Notes: generated by a model from the sequence alone, not told the origin. A DNA stretch of 64,000 nt from Candidatus Moraniibacteriota bacterium (GCA_028711705.1 JAQTRS010000002.1:73617-137616), one strand, 5' to 3'; shown: positions 8,237 to 18,769, counted from the first letter of the stretch. Program-made: numbers and translations.

Positions 8237-8731
8237 TTACTTCTTCGCTTCCGGGCGCGGTGCGCGAGGAGCCTTGAGCTCCCTTAAGGCCTCGATAGTA
8301 GCACGTGCCACATTGAGCTTGTTGGATGCGCCCAAAGACTTCGAAACGATGTCCTTGATGCCTGCCAAGTCCACAACGGAACGGACAGCTCCGCCGGCGA
8401 TAACGCCGCGTCCTTCGGCAGCCGGCTTCAGGAGCACCTTCGCGCTTCCCAATTTCTTGAAAACGTCGTGAGGGATGGTCGTTCCTGCGATCTTGATATC
8501 GATAAGATTCTTCTGAGCGTCATTGTATGCCTTCTGAATGGCATCCGAAACATCGGATCCCTTCGAAACGCCTACTCCCACCTTGCCCTTGCGATTGCCG
8601 ATAACAAGCGTCGCTCGGAAGCGGAATCTTCGACCGCCCTTTACCACGCGGGTCACGCGAGCCAGATCCAAAAGCTTCTGATCGAACTCGGGCTTTTCTC
8701 GTCTCCCAAATTTTTTACCTTGTTTTGCCAT
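8237..8731 (-). CDS. rpsE: 30S ribosomal protein S5
   Basis: RVTRVVKGGRRFRF; abuts rplO with no rpmD between. Confidence 0.98.
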   Translation of the reverse strand: MAKQGKKFGRREKPEFDQKLLDLARVTRVVKGGRRFRFRATLVIGNRKGKVGVGVSKGSDVSDAIQKAYNDAQKNLIDIKIAGTTIPHDVFKKLGSAKVLLKPAAEGRGVIAGGAVRSVVDLAGIKDIVSKSLGASNKLNVARATIEALRELKAPRAPRPEAKK

Positions 8732-8782
8732 AAATCTGTCGCCAATAATGATACGTTAAATAAATCCTGTTTCGAAAATAGA

Positions 8783-9136
8783 TTAGAAGAGCAGGCCGCC
8801 GGAGCGAGCGCCTTCCGCCAAAGCTTTGACGCGTCCGTGATAGCGGTATCCCGCTCGATCGAACACGACATCTTCAATCTTCAGCGCCGCGCACTTGGAT
8901 GCGATCAACTTACCCACTTCCTCCGCGCCAGCGATCGTGTTCGCTACTTTACCGCCGATTTCCCGAAGGCTTGCGGCCGCGAGCGTATGACCGGCCTGAT
9001 CATCGATAACCTGCACCGAAATATTCTTCAAGCTACGAAACACAGCCAAGCGAGGGCAGCTTGCGGTACCGGAAATCTTGGCACGCACGCGAGCCTTTCG
9101 ATGGAGTCTCATTTTTTCACGAGTCTGCTTTTTCAT
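8783..9136 (-). CDS. rplR: 50S ribosomal protein L18
   Basis: PRLAVFRS and [12 protein letters not shown] motifs. Confidence 0.97.
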   Translation of the reverse strand: MKKQTREKMRLHRKARVRAKISGTASCPRLAVFRSLKNISVQVIDDQAGHTLAAASLREIGGKVANTIAGAEEVGKLIASKCAALKIEDVVFDRAGYRYHGRVKALAEGARSGGLLF

Positions 9137-9166
9137 AATAACAAATGCTCACTTATCAATTACCTG

Positions 9167-9703
9167 TTAGGCGGAAGCCTTCTTACCTTCCTTTCGTCGA
9201 ACGATCTCACCGACATACTTGAATCCCTTTCCTTTGTACGGCTCTACCGGCTTAAGGTCGCGGATCTCGGCAGCCAACTGGCCGACTTTCTGCTTGTCGA
9301 TACCGGAAATGGTCAAGACATTGCCCTCGATCTTGGCATCCAGATCCTCCGGGACGATGACCTCGACAGGGTGGGAAAATCCCAAAGCCATGGAAATCTT
9401 CTTTCCGGCGACCGACATACGGAAACCGACGCCGTTCAATTCCAATTGTTTCTGAAATCCAACCGTGACACCCTCGACCAAATTGGAGAGAATCTTGGTC
9501 GTCGTGCCCCAGATAGCGGAAGCCTTCTTCGAACCGCCCGTCTTCTCGACCGTCACCGCCTCAGCGGCGATGTGCAGGGTGACTTCATGGTGATGGACGA
9601 ACTCCAACGATCCCTTGGGACCCTTCACCTTCACCACATTGGCTTCGAGCTTCATCTCGACTCCCTGTGGGATAACGACTGATTTTTTACCTATTCTACT
9701 CAT
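9167..9703 (-). CDS. rplF: 50S ribosomal protein L6
   Basis: MSRIGK start, EPYKGKG. Confidence 0.97.
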   Translation of the reverse strand: MSRIGKKSVVIPQGVEMKLEANVVKVKGPKGSLEFVHHHEVTLHIAAEAVTVEKTGGSKKASAIWGTTTKILSNLVEGVTVGFQKQLELNGVGFRMSVAGKKISMALGFSHPVEVIVPEDLDAKIEGNVLTISGIDKQKVGQLAAEIRDLKPVEPYKGKGFKYVGEIVRRKEGKKASA

Positions 9704-9732
9704 ACGATTTGAATTACAAAAACTCAATGAAA

Positions 9733-10137
9733 TTACCAGACCTCGCAAAGATACTCTCCGCCCAATCCCTGACGATACGCATCACGTCCTGTCATCACAC
9801 CCTTGGATGTCGATACCACCGCGATACCATAGCCGTTCTTGACCTTCTTGATATCCTCTTTCTTCACATAAATACGCTGCCCTTCATGGCTCACTCGCTT
9901 GATCTCACGGATAGCCGGATCCTTCCTTGTCTGCGACACCTTGATGTACTTCAATCCGATGCGGATATTCTCGAAAACTCCTTCGGTCTCGGTCTCCACC
10001 TTTTCTATGAAGTTTTCTTTCTCGAGAATGCGTGCGATGGACAGCTTCAACTTGGAGGATGGCATGACCACTTCCCTATGTCCTGCTCTCTGAGCATTAC
10101 GGATTCGAGTTAACATGTCTGCGATTGGATCTAACAT
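9733..10137 (-). CDS. rpsH: 30S ribosomal protein S8
   Basis: DPIADMLTRIRNA, STSKGVM. Confidence 0.98.
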   Translation of the reverse strand: MLDPIADMLTRIRNAQRAGHREVVMPSSKLKLSIARILEKENFIEKVETETEGVFENIRIGLKYIKVSQTRKDPAIREIKRVSHEGQRIYVKKEDIKKVKNGYGIAVVSTSKGVMTGRDAYRQGLGGEYLCEVW

Positions 10138-10192
10138 AACGAAAAAATTAATTCTAGCTCCTTTTAAACTGCTTCAAGTTCTGATTAACGCC

Positions 10193-10378
10193 CTACCACG
10201 ATGATTTCTTCACTCCAGGAATCTCTCCTTTGCTCGCTAACTCCCGGAAACAAATTCGACAGATATCAAATCTTCGAAGGTAACCGTGTTTGCGACCGCA
10301 CTTCCAACATCGTCTCACGATGCGAGTTGAAAATTTTGGTTGTTTCCTGGCGCGAGCCTCGGTTGATGTCTTTGCCAT
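10193..10378 (-). CDS. rpsN: 30S ribosomal protein S14 (Zn-binding type Z)
   Basis: RCxxCGR...CRICFRELA. Confidence 0.97.
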   Translation of the reverse strand: MAKTSTEARARKQPKFSTRIVRRCWKCGRKHGYLRRFDICRICFRELASKGEIPGVKKSSW

Positions 10379-10412
10379 ATCCGCTATTGCTAATTACTAA
10401 TAGTTCTCTCTT

Positions 10413-10970
10413 TTAATTAACTTCTTTGTTCTGGAGTGGGAATCCCAATGACCTGAAAAGCGCTACTCCCTCCTCATGATTCTTGGCCGTCGTCGTGACG
10501 TTCACTTGGAAGCCGAAGATGGTCTGCACCTTTTCCGCGACGATTTCCGGGAATACCATATGTTCCTTGAGTCCCGCGTTCAAATTTCCGTGACTGTCCA
10601 CCGAGCTTACGGTAATACCCTGAAGGTCCCTCACGCGCGGCATCGCCGTCTTCACGAAGCGATCCAAGAAGCTCCACATGCGCTCTCCGCGAAGGGTGAC
10701 GCGCACTCCGATCTCCTGATTCTCTCGGATCTTGAAACCTGCCACGGCCTTCCTTGCCTTCACGAGCACCACTTTCTGTCCCGTGATAGTTTCCAAAGAA
10801 GCGACGATCTCCTCGATACGCTTAGGCTCCTTGAGGAATCGGCCCAAACCGGCATTGACCACGACCTTTTGGATTTTCGGTATGGCGAACGTGTTGGTAT
10901 GACCGAACTGCTCGATGAGCATAGGCACCGCCTTCTTTACGTATATTGTCTTGATAGATTCATGTTTCAT
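10413..10970 (-). CDS. rplE: 50S ribosomal protein L5
   Basis: ITGQK, VTLRGERM, PRVRD. Confidence 0.97.
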   Translation of the reverse strand: MKHESIKTIYVKKAVPMLIEQFGHTNTFAIPKIQKVVVNAGLGRFLKEPKRIEEIVASLETITGQKVVLVKARKAVAGFKIRENQEIGVRVTLRGERMWSFLDRFVKTAMPRVRDLQGITVSSVDSHGNLNAGLKEHMVFPEIVAEKVQTIFGFQVNVTTTAKNHEEGVALFRSLGFPLQNKEVN

Positions 10971-11015
10971 AGGTATTCCTTTGCTACAAATTTCCTTACA
11001 AATGATACTTCGCGA

Positions 11016-11321
11016 TTAGATTTCCTTTTGAGCTCGCTTGCTGATCCGAACCTTCTGATTGCCCTCTACTTTGTAGCCGACTCGCGTCAGTTTGTCGGTG
11101 TGAGGACAGACGAGCATCACGTTGGAAACGTCGATCGGAGAAGCGACTTCGATCCGCTGTCCTTTTTCGCCTTCCTTGCGGGCCTTAGTGTGCTTCTTGA
11201 TGATGTTCAATCCTTCAACGACAACTTTCGCGAAACGCGGCAATGTGTGGGTCACCTTACCTCGCTTGCCCTTGTCCTTTCCGGCAATGATCTCTATGTT
11301 GTCGCCTTTCTTAATTTTCAT
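11016..11321 (-). CDS. rplX: 50S ribosomal protein L24
   Basis: KIKKGD...GKDKGKRG KOW motif. Confidence 0.97.
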   Translation of the reverse strand: MKIKKGDNIEIIAGKDKGKRGKVTHTLPRFAKVVVEGLNIIKKHTKARKEGEKGQRIEVASPIDVSNVMLVCPHTDKLTRVGYKVEGNQKVRISKRAQKEI

Positions 11322-11359
11322 ACCTTTAAACGTAATATGTATAAAACCCTCGATTCTTT

Positions 11360-11731
11360 CTATAACACCTCGGGAGCCAATGAAACGATCTTCGTGAATC
11401 CCTTTTCTCGGAGCTCACGGGCCACCGGTCCGAAGATACGGCTTCCCTTCGGTTCGACACTATCACCGTTGAGGATAACTGCGGCGTTTTCATCAAAACG
11501 GATATAGGAGTTGTCCTTTCGCTTGTATGACTTCTTGATGCGAACGATAACCGCCTTCACCTTGTCACCCTTCTTGACAGATCCGCGAGGGGTGGAGGCC
11601 TTCACCGAACAGACGATGATATCGCCGAGACTAGCATAACGACGCTTGCTTCCGCCGAGCACCTTGAAACACTCGATGAGTGTCGCTCCGGAATTGTCCG
11701 CTACCTTTAATTTGCTTTCCGCTTGAATCAT
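11360..11731 (-). CDS. rplN: 50S ribosomal protein L14
   Basis: [18 protein letters not shown]. Confidence 0.98.
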   Translation of the reverse strand: MIQAESKLKVADNSGATLIECFKVLGGSKRRYASLGDIIVCSVKASTPRGSVKKGDKVKAVIVRIKKSYKRKDNSYIRFDENAAVILNGDSVEPKGSRIFGPVARELREKGFTKIVSLAPEVL

Positions 11732-11759
11732 ATCTTTACAATTATACTGCCTATAAACA

Positions 11760-12014
11760 TTATGCTGCTACTACCGTGTGACGCTTATCCTTGCTGATAG
11801 GCCGGCACTCCTGGAACATCACCTCGTCGCCCTTCTTGAACGTATTGTCCGCGTCGTGCACCTTGTACTTCTTGGTGGAACGATACTTCTTCAGATACTT
11901 GGGGTGCGTTTTGAGCGTTTCTACCGCGACAACGATAGTCTTGTCCATAGCATCGCTTACGACCAATCCTTTGAGCTTTGGAGCCTTTTTCACTTTTTCT
12001 TGAACCTGTGTCAT
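11760..12014 (-). CDS. rpsQ: 30S ribosomal protein S17
   Basis: GxVVSDxMDKT, ECRPISK. Confidence 0.97.
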   Translation of the reverse strand: MTQVQEKVKKAPKLKGLVVSDAMDKTIVVAVETLKTHPKYLKKYRSTKKYKVHDADNTFKKGDEVMFQECRPISKDKRHTVVAA

Positions 12015-12043
12015 AACATGTACGAAATAATTGAATCAACTGT

Positions 12044-12226
12044 CTAGATTTCTCTCATCAGAGTAAGCGTTCGCGCGATGTCCTTCTTCAGACTACGATA
12101 AGCTCGATGAGATTTAGTCTGCTGACCGGCGATTTCGAAACGAAGGGCACGCAACGATGCGCGGGACTCCGCCAGAAACTTCTCTTTCTCGATTAGACTC
12201 TTTTCTCGTAGTTCTTGCGCTTTCAT
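12044..12226 (-). CDS. rpmC: 50S ribosomal protein L29
   Basis: MKAQELR...LRF...KDIARxLT; expected operon position. Confidence 0.93.
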   Translation of the reverse strand: MKAQELREKSLIEKEKFLAESRASLRALRFEIAGQQTKSHRAYRSLKKDIARTLTLMREI

Positions 12227-12266
12227 ACTCTAATACTTTTATAATAAATAGTCTTGGGCTCGTCCG

Positions 12267-12677
12267 TTACTGTCGGTCGATGAATTTCGTCTTGACAGGG
12301 AGCTTGTAGGCCGCGAGCTTCATAGCGCGCATAGCCACCTCGCGTGTCACGCCGTCCATTTCAAACATCATTCTTCCGGACTGAATCTTGGCTACGAAGT
12401 GATCGACGCTTCCCTTACCCTTACCCATCGGGGTTTCATCACCCTTCTTGGTCATAGGCTTATCGGGAAAGATGCGGATCCACACCTTGCCTCCTCGCTG
12501 GACATAACGGGTCATAGCTCGACGAGCCGACTCGATCTGGCGCGAAGTGATCAACCCGCCCTCGATCGCCTTCAATCCGAAAGCTCCGAAGCTGACTTTG
12601 TCACCGCGAGTGGCGACACCACTCACTTCTCCTCCTCGCTGGATCTTTCTGTGCTTTACTTTTTTTGGCATCAACAT
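12267..12677 (-). CDS. rplP: 50S ribosomal protein L16
   Basis: [15 protein letters not shown]. Confidence 0.98.
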   Translation of the reverse strand: MLMPKKVKHRKIQRGGEVSGVATRGDKVSFGAFGLKAIEGGLITSRQIESARRAMTRYVQRGGKVWIRIFPDKPMTKKGDETPMGKGKGSVDHFVAKIQSGRMMFEMDGVTREVAMRAMKLAAYKLPVKTKFIDRQ

Positions 12678-12691
12678 ATGCGCTGTTCTTA

Positions 12692-12727
12692 CCCGCCTGC
12701 AACGCTTTGCGTAGCAATGCGGGCAGG
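12692..12727. repeat. 36-nt REP-like palindrome (copy 1)
   Basis: CCCGCCTGCAACGCTTTGCGTAGCAATGCGGGCAGG; 28/36 identical to 17538-17573. Confidence 0.7.
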
Positions 12728-12762
12728 TTCTCTAAATTATTCTATTACCTAATCTCATCTAT

Positions 12763-13407
12763 CTAGATAGCAAACTTCTCTCCCTTGTATACCCAGACCT
12801 TCACGCCGATAGCTCCATACGTCGTGGTAGCGGTCGCCCTTGAAAAATCGATGTCGGCACGCAATGTATGAAGAGGGATAGTGCCTCTGGACAACCATTC
12901 CCGACGGGACATTTCCGCACCGCCCAGGCGTCCGGAAAGCTCGATCTTCACACCCTTGACATTCTTGTTCTTTTCAACCTGGTCAAGCATTCCCTTGAGG
13001 ATACGCCGAAACGGCATACGTCGCTCCAACTGCTCGGCAACCTGCTGAGCCACCAACGAAGCGCTCTCCTCAAAATTCTTCACTTCCTGGATTTCGATCT
13101 TGAGGCTCGTCTTCTTTCCGGAGAAGAATCGTGTCTTAACCACGCGAGTCAGATCCTCGATTCCCGTGCCTCCTCGACCGATCAATACACCCGGCCTCGA
13201 AGTCTGGATGATGATCCGAACCACATTAGCAGATCGCTCGATATCCAATGAGGCGATGGCAGCCGCTTTCCAGCGGGTCAAAATGAATTGACGCATCTGC
13301 ACATCTTCGCGCAAATTGCTCCTGTAATCTTTTTTCCCGAACCAGCGAGACTTCCAAGTGGTGGTAATCCCCAACCGAATGCCCGTCGGATTTACTTTAT
13401 GACCCAT
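12763..13407 (-). CDS. rpsC: 30S ribosomal protein S3
   Basis: MGHKVNP, PLHTLRADID. Confidence 0.98.
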   Translation of the reverse strand: MGHKVNPTGIRLGITTTWKSRWFGKKDYRSNLREDVQMRQFILTRWKAAAIASLDIERSANVVRIIIQTSRPGVLIGRGGTGIEDLTRVVKTRFFSGKKTSLKIEIQEVKNFEESASLVAQQVAEQLERRMPFRRILKGMLDQVEKNKNVKGVKIELSGRLGGAEMSRREWLSRGTIPLHTLRADIDFSRATATTTYGAIGVKVWVYKGEKFAI

Positions 13408-13448
13408 ATCAAGTTCCAATTTAAGCTTTTATTATCCTCATGCCCTAC

Positions 13449-13976
13449 TTATACCGCCTTTCTTTGAAATGTCTTCTTCGTGAATCCTGCTCCGCGAGTC
13501 TTTCCGTGGGTGATCGCTTTCTGCGGGAGCGTCTTGCCTGTCTTCTTGATGGAAGCGCTCTTCCCTTCCTCGACAACCGCATCCTTCACCTCAGTCGCCT
13601 CTTTCTTCACGGTCGTTTTCTTCTTTTTCACGATCTTGCCCTCTTCGCGTTCTGCGAGCACGATCCGTATCTTCGACATACGGCGCCACAGCGGCGTGGC
13701 CCGCCCCTGCGCGCGTGGTGTCCAGCGCTTGAGCTTCTGGCCTTCTCCCACCCACACATCTTCGACAAAGAGGTTATTGCGATCGAGACTGAAATTGTGT
13801 TCAGCATTCGCGATAGCGCTCTGCAAAAGCTTCGTTAAAGGAAGAGACGCTTTTTTCAACATCTTATCGAATTGAACCAAAGCCTCTCCCACACCCAAAC
13901 CTCTGACAGCATAGGCTACCAAACGGACTTTGCGAGGAGTCATTTTTAAATTGTTGAGACTTGCTTCCACTTTCAT
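13449..13976 (-). CDS. rplV: 50S ribosomal protein L22 with Lys-rich C-terminal extension
   Basis: PRKVRLV, SAIANAEHN, PRAQGRA. Confidence 0.96.
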   Translation of the reverse strand: MKVEASLNNLKMTPRKVRLVAYAVRGLGVGEALVQFDKMLKKASLPLTKLLQSAIANAEHNFSLDRNNLFVEDVWVGEGQKLKRWTPRAQGRATPLWRRMSKIRIVLAEREEGKIVKKKKTTVKKEATEVKDAVVEEGKSASIKKTGKTLPQKAITHGKTRGAGFTKKTFQRKAV

Positions 13977-14014
13977 AATATCCAATATATAAATGATTCT
14001 AACCCTTTACATCT

Positions 14015-14359
14015 TTACTTTTTCTTTGCGGCCGAACTTGCTTTCGCGGCCTTCGCTGCATCGAGCTCTCGCTGTTTTGCCGCTGCCTCCAAGTCTTTCT
14101 GCATCTTACCTCCATGACGGACGAACTTGCGTGTCGGAGAAAACTCCCCGAGGCGGTGCCCGACCATCTCTTCAGTCACGAGTACCGAGATAAAATCTTT
14201 TCCGTTATGCACACCGAAGGTGAATCCAAGCATCTCGGGAGTGATGGTGCAGGCGCGTGACCACGTCTTGATTACCACTCGATCCGCAGGGCTTTTCCCT
14301 TCGATTTTCTTCATTACCCTTTCGTCCACATAAGGACCTTTTTTCAAACTCCTTGACAT
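14015..14359 (-). CDS. rpsS: 30S ribosomal protein S19
   Basis: [21 protein letters not shown]. Confidence 0.98.
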   Translation of the reverse strand: MSRSLKKGPYVDERVMKKIEGKSPADRVVIKTWSRACTITPEMLGFTFGVHNGKDFISVLVTEEMVGHRLGEFSPTRKFVRHGGKMQKDLEAAAKQRELDAAKAAKASSAAKKK

Positions 14360-14376
14360 ATATAGTTCGGTTGTGA

Positions 14377-15201
14377 TTATTTCCTTCGCTTGACAATATA
14401 TTTGGTGCTCGCCTTCTTCTTCTTTCGAGTTCGCTTTCCGAGAGCCGGCTTACCCCATGGGGTCTTCGGATACTTCAGACCGACTCCCTGGCGACCCTCT
14501 CCACCTCCGTGCGGGTGATCAACCGGGTTCATGGCCGAACCACGGACTGTCGGGCGCTTACCGAGCCAGCGGCTTCGTCCCGCTTTTCCAAGCTTGACAG
14601 CGCTGTGTTCGAAGTTGCTTACTTGTCCTACGGTAGCATAACATTCCCGATTAATCAAGCGGATTTCTCCGGAAGTCATCTTTATCTGAGCCATTTTATC
14701 GTCGATTGACATCAGAGTCGCACCCGTTCCGGCGCTGCGCACCATCTGACCTCCCTTACCCACCATCATTTCGATATTGGAGATAACGGTTCCGACGGGG
14801 ATATTCTTCAGTTTCAAGCGATTTCCCTTGACGATAGGAGCGTCTTCATCGGTCAGAATCTGCTGGCCGACACTCATGCCCTCAACGGCAAGGATATAGC
14901 TCTTCTCACCGTCGACATAATGAATCAAAGCTATCAAAGCGGATCGATTCGGATCCTTTTCAAGAGCAGCGATAGTTCCCGGGATGCCGAGCTTGTTTTG
15001 CTTGAAATCAACCATACGATAGCGGCGCTTGTGCCCGCCTCCTTTGTGACGTACCGAAATCTTGCCATGGGAACGTCCGGATTTCTTGCTCAAAGCAGAA
15101 AGCAAAGACTTCTCCGGCTTCTTCTCCGTAACTCCGTCCGGCTTGACTACCGACATATTGCGTCGTCCTGCCGTATTCTTTTGATAGACCTTGATTGCCA
15201 T
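14377..15201 (-). CDS. rplB: 50S ribosomal protein L2
   Basis: [14 protein letters not shown]. Confidence 0.98.
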   Translation of the reverse strand: MAIKVYQKNTAGRRNMSVVKPDGVTEKKPEKSLLSALSKKSGRSHGKISVRHKGGGHKRRYRMVDFKQNKLGIPGTIAALEKDPNRSALIALIHYVDGEKSYILAVEGMSVGQQILTDEDAPIVKGNRLKLKNIPVGTVISNIEMMVGKGGQMVRSAGTGATLMSIDDKMAQIKMTSGEIRLINRECYATVGQVSNFEHSAVKLGKAGRSRWLGKRPTVRGSAMNPVDHPHGGGEGRQGVGLKYPKTPWGKPALGKRTRKKKKASTKYIVKRRK

Positions 15202-15246
15202 ACAATTCTGATAAAAAATTTCCTTCTTACTTAAGCTGCTGCGTTA

Positions 15247-15621
15247 TTATTCCGCCTGGAACAGATCGATCGAATCCCCCTCCTTCAGCGTGACGATCGC
15301 TTTCTTGATGCTCGACTTGAATCCGCTGCTTCGTCCGAAATTCCGCTTCTTCGCAGGAATGGTCACGGTGTTCACGGCCACCACGCTCACGCCGTATATC
15401 TCCTCTACCGCTTTCTTCACCAATACTTTGGTGGCATCCGCCGATACCTGGAAGACATATTTGTTGAGCCCGAGCACTGTATGCGCTTTTTCCGTGATGC
15501 GAGGCTTCGTCAATATCCTGTACGCAACCGAATCGGTAGTGGCCACGATACTCTTTTTCTTCTTTTTCGGAGCTGTTACTTTCTTTTCAGTTGTTTCCTC
15601 CTTATTTGCAAACAATGCCAT
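15247..15621 (-). CDS. rplW: 50S ribosomal protein L23
   Basis: PRITEK, KKAIVTL. Confidence 0.96.
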   Translation of the reverse strand: MALFANKEETTEKKVTAPKKKKKSIVATTDSVAYRILTKPRITEKAHTVLGLNKYVFQVSADATKVLVKKAVEEIYGVSVVAVNTVTIPAKKRNFGRSSGFKSSIKKAIVTLKEGDSIDLFQAE

Positions 15622-15636
15622 ATGATTTCTCTCAGA

Positions 15637-16299
15637 TTACTTAGTTGCCTGCGCTTTCTCCTCCTGCGAAGGAAGGAATTTCTTCTCCAATCCCTGCAAA
15701 GACTCTTTGCTCACGACGAAGTACTGGTGATTCAACAGGTCCGCAACGTTCACATTATCTGCCAAAATATTCTTCAGACGAGGGATGTTTCGGCTTACCT
15801 TCTCGAATTCCTTCTCATTGGCGGACAATCCCATAACAACGCTCTTATTCGAGATATTCAAACTCTTGAGCGTAGCTGCCATAAGCTTGGTTTTCTGTTC
15901 CGGGAAAGAGAGAGCATCTAAAACGATCAGTTTGCCTTCGCGAATCTTCTCGCTCAGCGCGATCATGACGGCCTTGCGACGCATCTTCTGATTGATCTTC
16001 TGCACGAAGTTACGGTTATTGCGAGGACCGAATACGATTCCACCACCCTTCCATACCGGGGTTCTGACGGAACCGACACGGGCGCGACCCGTACCCTTCT
16101 GCTTCCAAGGTTTCTTTCCGGATCCGGACACCTCGGAACGGGTCTTGGTGTGCGCGTATACGCCGCGGATATTCGCCATAAGCGCAACGAATACCTGATG
16201 GAGCAAGGTGTTGTTCGAAGGCATGTCAAAAACCGAGTCAGCGATTTCGAGCTTCTCAACTTCCTCTCCCTGTACATTGTAGACTGATATCTTTGCCAT
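15637..16299 (-). CDS. rplD: 50S ribosomal protein L4
   Basis: KPWKQKGTGRAR. Confidence 0.98.
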   Translation of the reverse strand: MAKISVYNVQGEEVEKLEIADSVFDMPSNNTLLHQVFVALMANIRGVYAHTKTRSEVSGSGKKPWKQKGTGRARVGSVRTPVWKGGGIVFGPRNNRNFVQKINQKMRRKAVMIALSEKIREGKLIVLDALSFPEQKTKLMAATLKSLNISNKSVVMGLSANEKEFEKVSRNIPRLKNILADNVNVADLLNHQYFVVSKESLQGLEKKFLPSQEEKAQATK

Positions 16300-16348
16300 A
16301 ACATTGCTAGAACACTGTTCTCTTAATCCTATTGTTTATATATGAAGT

Positions 16349-16948
16349 CTATGATCGAGCCCAAACCTCGACCATCCTACCGTTGACACCTGCTACAGCA
16401 CCCTTCACAGCGATCAGATTCTTGGTCTCGTCGATAAGGACTATCGTGAGATTCTGCATCGTGCTTCGGTCAGCACCCATGCGTCCCGCCATGCGCTTTC
16501 CCTTGATAACGTGCTGCGGCTGCTGAGCTCCGATGGAACCGGGAGCACGAAGGTCGTGCTTATGACCGTGGGTTCGCGGGGAACCCTTGAAGCTATGGCG
16601 CTTAACGACGCCCTGAAATCCCTTTCCTTTCGAGACGCCCGTCACATTCACCACATCGCCGACGGAAAAGACGCTCACGTCCAAAGTCTTCCCTACCTCA
16701 TAGGCAGCGAGCTCCTTTTCTGCATCCTCTTGAGAAACCTGCGGGGCATCGAGACGGAACTCTTTTGTGAGCTTGCGCTTCGATGTCTTCATCGCCTCGA
16801 TCTGAACCGCCGTATAACCGTCCCGCTCCGGAGTCCGAAGCAAAGAAACCATGTTCGTATCACACTCGATCAGTGTCACATTCAAGGCTCCCTGCTCCGC
16901 GTCCTGCAAGGTCGTCATTCCAAGTTTTCTTCCAAGTAAGAATTTCAT
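16349..16948 (-). CDS. rplC: 50S ribosomal protein L3
   Basis: GRKLGMT, SKGKGFQGVVKRH. Confidence 0.98.
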   Translation of the reverse strand: MKFLLGRKLGMTTLQDAEQGALNVTLIECDTNMVSLLRTPERDGYTAVQIEAMKTSKRKLTKEFRLDAPQVSQEDAEKELAAYEVGKTLDVSVFSVGDVVNVTGVSKGKGFQGVVKRHSFKGSPRTHGHKHDLRAPGSIGAQQPQHVIKGKRMAGRMGADRSTMQNLTIVLIDETKNLIAVKGAVAGVNGRMVEVWARS

Positions 16949-17099
16949 AATCTTTGCTTTACTACTATCGAAAATTTAACAAACAAAAAACCGGGATAAT
17001 CAAGCCAGTGATTCGACTCAAGGACTAGGCCTTTCCCGATTCTGGCTCGTTAGGTTTCCGCTACGGGAGCGGACGTTAACGAGTAATAAGTATATTCTA

Positions 17100-17429
17100 T
17101 TACATTTTGATCTCAATGTCCACTCCTGCCGGCAAATCCATGCTCGTAAGCTGATCGATGGTCTTTGCTGTCGGGTTCCAGATATCGATCATTCTCTTAT
17201 GGATACGCATTTCGTACTGATCCCGAGAATTCTTATGGACGAAGGTCGATCGGTTCACGGTCATCTTGTGAGTCTCGGTAGGAAGCGGCACCGGGCCCGT
17301 GATGGAAGCGCCCGTCCTCTCCGCCGTCTCGACGATCTTTCGCGCCGATTGATCGATCACCTTGTGATCATATGCTTTGATTTTGATTCTCAATCGCGTT
17401 GACTGAGCATCTGTTTCTGTCTTTTTCAT
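17100..17429 (-). CDS. rpsJ: 30S ribosomal protein S10
   Basis: [23 protein letters not shown]. Confidence 0.97.
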   Translation of the reverse strand: MKKTETDAQSTRLRIKIKAYDHKVIDQSARKIVETAERTGASITGPVPLPTETHKMTVNRSTFVHKNSRDQYEMRIHKRMIDIWNPTAKTIDQLTSMDLPAGVDIEIKM

Positions 17430-17483
17430 TGAAACCAAAATAAGTTATTAATGCAACCGTTCATCCTTCTCCATATTCGAGAG

Positions 17484-17530
17484 AAAAGTGTGAGCACAGC
17501 GCCCGAAAGGGCCGCTCTGCTCACTATTTC
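17484..17530 (-). terminator. Terminator-like hairpin downstream of tuf
   Basis: GTGAGCAGAGCGGCCC-TTTC-GGGCGCTGTGCTCAC followed by ACTTTTC. Confidence 0.55.
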
Positions 17531-17537
17531 GCTCAAA

Positions 17538-17573
17538 CCTGCCCGAAACGCTTCACGTAACAACGCGGGCGGG
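17538..17573. repeat. 36-nt REP-like palindrome (copy 2)
   Basis: CCTGCCCGAAACGCTTCACGTAACAACGCGGGCGGG, 2 nt after the tuf stop. Confidence 0.7.
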
Positions 17574-17575
17574 AA

Positions 17576-18769
17576 CTATTTGATAATCTTCGTTGCGACT
17601 CCTGCACCCACAGTACGGCCACCTTCACGGATTGCGAATCGCATTCCCGCTTCCATAGCGACTGGAGCCAAAAGCTTGACTTTCAAAGTAACGGTATCGC
17701 CAGGCATCACCATCTCGGTTCCTTCCGGGAGCTCGACTTCTCCGGTCACGTCCGTCGTACGGATGTAAAACTGAGGCTTGTATCCCTTAAAGAATGGGGT
17801 GTGACGTCCGCCTTCCTCCTTGCTCAAGATATAGATTTCACCTTCGAACTCGGTGTGAGGGGTGATAGAACCGGTCTTGGCCAAAACCTGACCGCGCTCC
17901 ACGTCTTCTTTCTTGACACCACGGAGCAAAAGTCCCGCGTTATCGCCTGCAACACCCTGAGCAAGGTTCTTGTTGAACATTTCGATTCCGGTCACGACCG
18001 TTTTCGCTGTCGGATGGATTCCGACGATTTCAACTTCCTCGCCAGTATTGATGACACCACGCTCGATGCGTCCGGTAACAACCGTACCGCGACCTTCGAT
18101 GGAGAAGATGTCTTCGATAGGCATAAGGAAAGGCTTGTCAGTATCGCGAACCGGGTCCGGGATCTGGGAGTCAAGAGCGGCCATCAGATCGAGGATAGGC
18201 TTAGCATCTGCATCATCAACCGATTTCGCGTTAAGAGCCTTGAGGGCGCTTCCGCGAACGACGATCGCGTTCGCACCGTCGAATTCATACTTGGAAAGCA
18301 ACTCACGGACTTCTTCTTCGACGAGGTCAACGAGCTCGAGGTCGTCTACCATATCAACCTTGTTCAGGAAGACAACGATAGCGGGTACACCCACCTGACG
18401 TGCAAGCAGGATGTGCTCACGAGTCTGCGGCATAGGACCATCGGTAGCGCTCACGACGAGGATGGCACCATCCATCTGAGCCGCACCAGTAATCATGTTC
18501 TTGATATAGTCGGCGTGACCAGGACAATCAACGTGCGCATAGTGACGAGCATCCGACTCGTATTCACAGTGAGCGGTTGCGATGGTGATACCGCGATCGC
18601 GCTCTTCCGGAGCCTTGTCGATTTCATTGATATCCTTCTTCTTTGCAAAACCCTTCATGCTGAGCACGCTTAAGATAGCGGCGGTCAGGGTGGTTTTTCC
18701 GTGGTCAACGTGTCCGATCGTTCCGACGTTTACATGAGGTTTGGTTCGCTCAAATTGCTCTGCTGCCAT
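17576..18769 (-). CDS. tuf: Elongation factor Tu
   Basis: [21 protein letters not shown]. Confidence 0.99.
   Translation of the reverse strand: MAAEQFERTKPHVNVGTIGHVDHGKTTLTAAILSVLSMKGFAKKKDINEIDKAPEERDRGITIATAHCEYESDARHYAHVDCPGHADYIKNMITGAAQMDGAILVVSATDGPMPQTREHILLARQVGVPAIVVFLNKVDMVDDLELVDLVEEEVRELLSKYEFDGANAIVVRGSALKALNAKSVDDADAKPILDLMAALDSQIPDPVRDTDKPFLMPIEDIFSIEGRGTVVTGRIERGVINTGEEVEIVGIHPTAKTVVTGIEMFNKNLAQGVAGDNAGLLLRGVKKEDVERGQVLAKTGSITPHTEFEGEIYILSKEEGGRHTPFFKGYKPQFYIRTTDVTGEVELPEGTEMVMPGDTVTLKVKLLAPVAMEAGMRFAIREGGRTVGAGVATKIIK

Noticed and set aside
8468-9682. Long plus-strand ORFs opposite conserved genes (also 241-735, 10476-11507, 17801-18673, 25931-28018) and the minus-strand ORF 41887-42885
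   Set aside because: Antisense shadow ORFs of well-supported genes, with no recognisable motifs.
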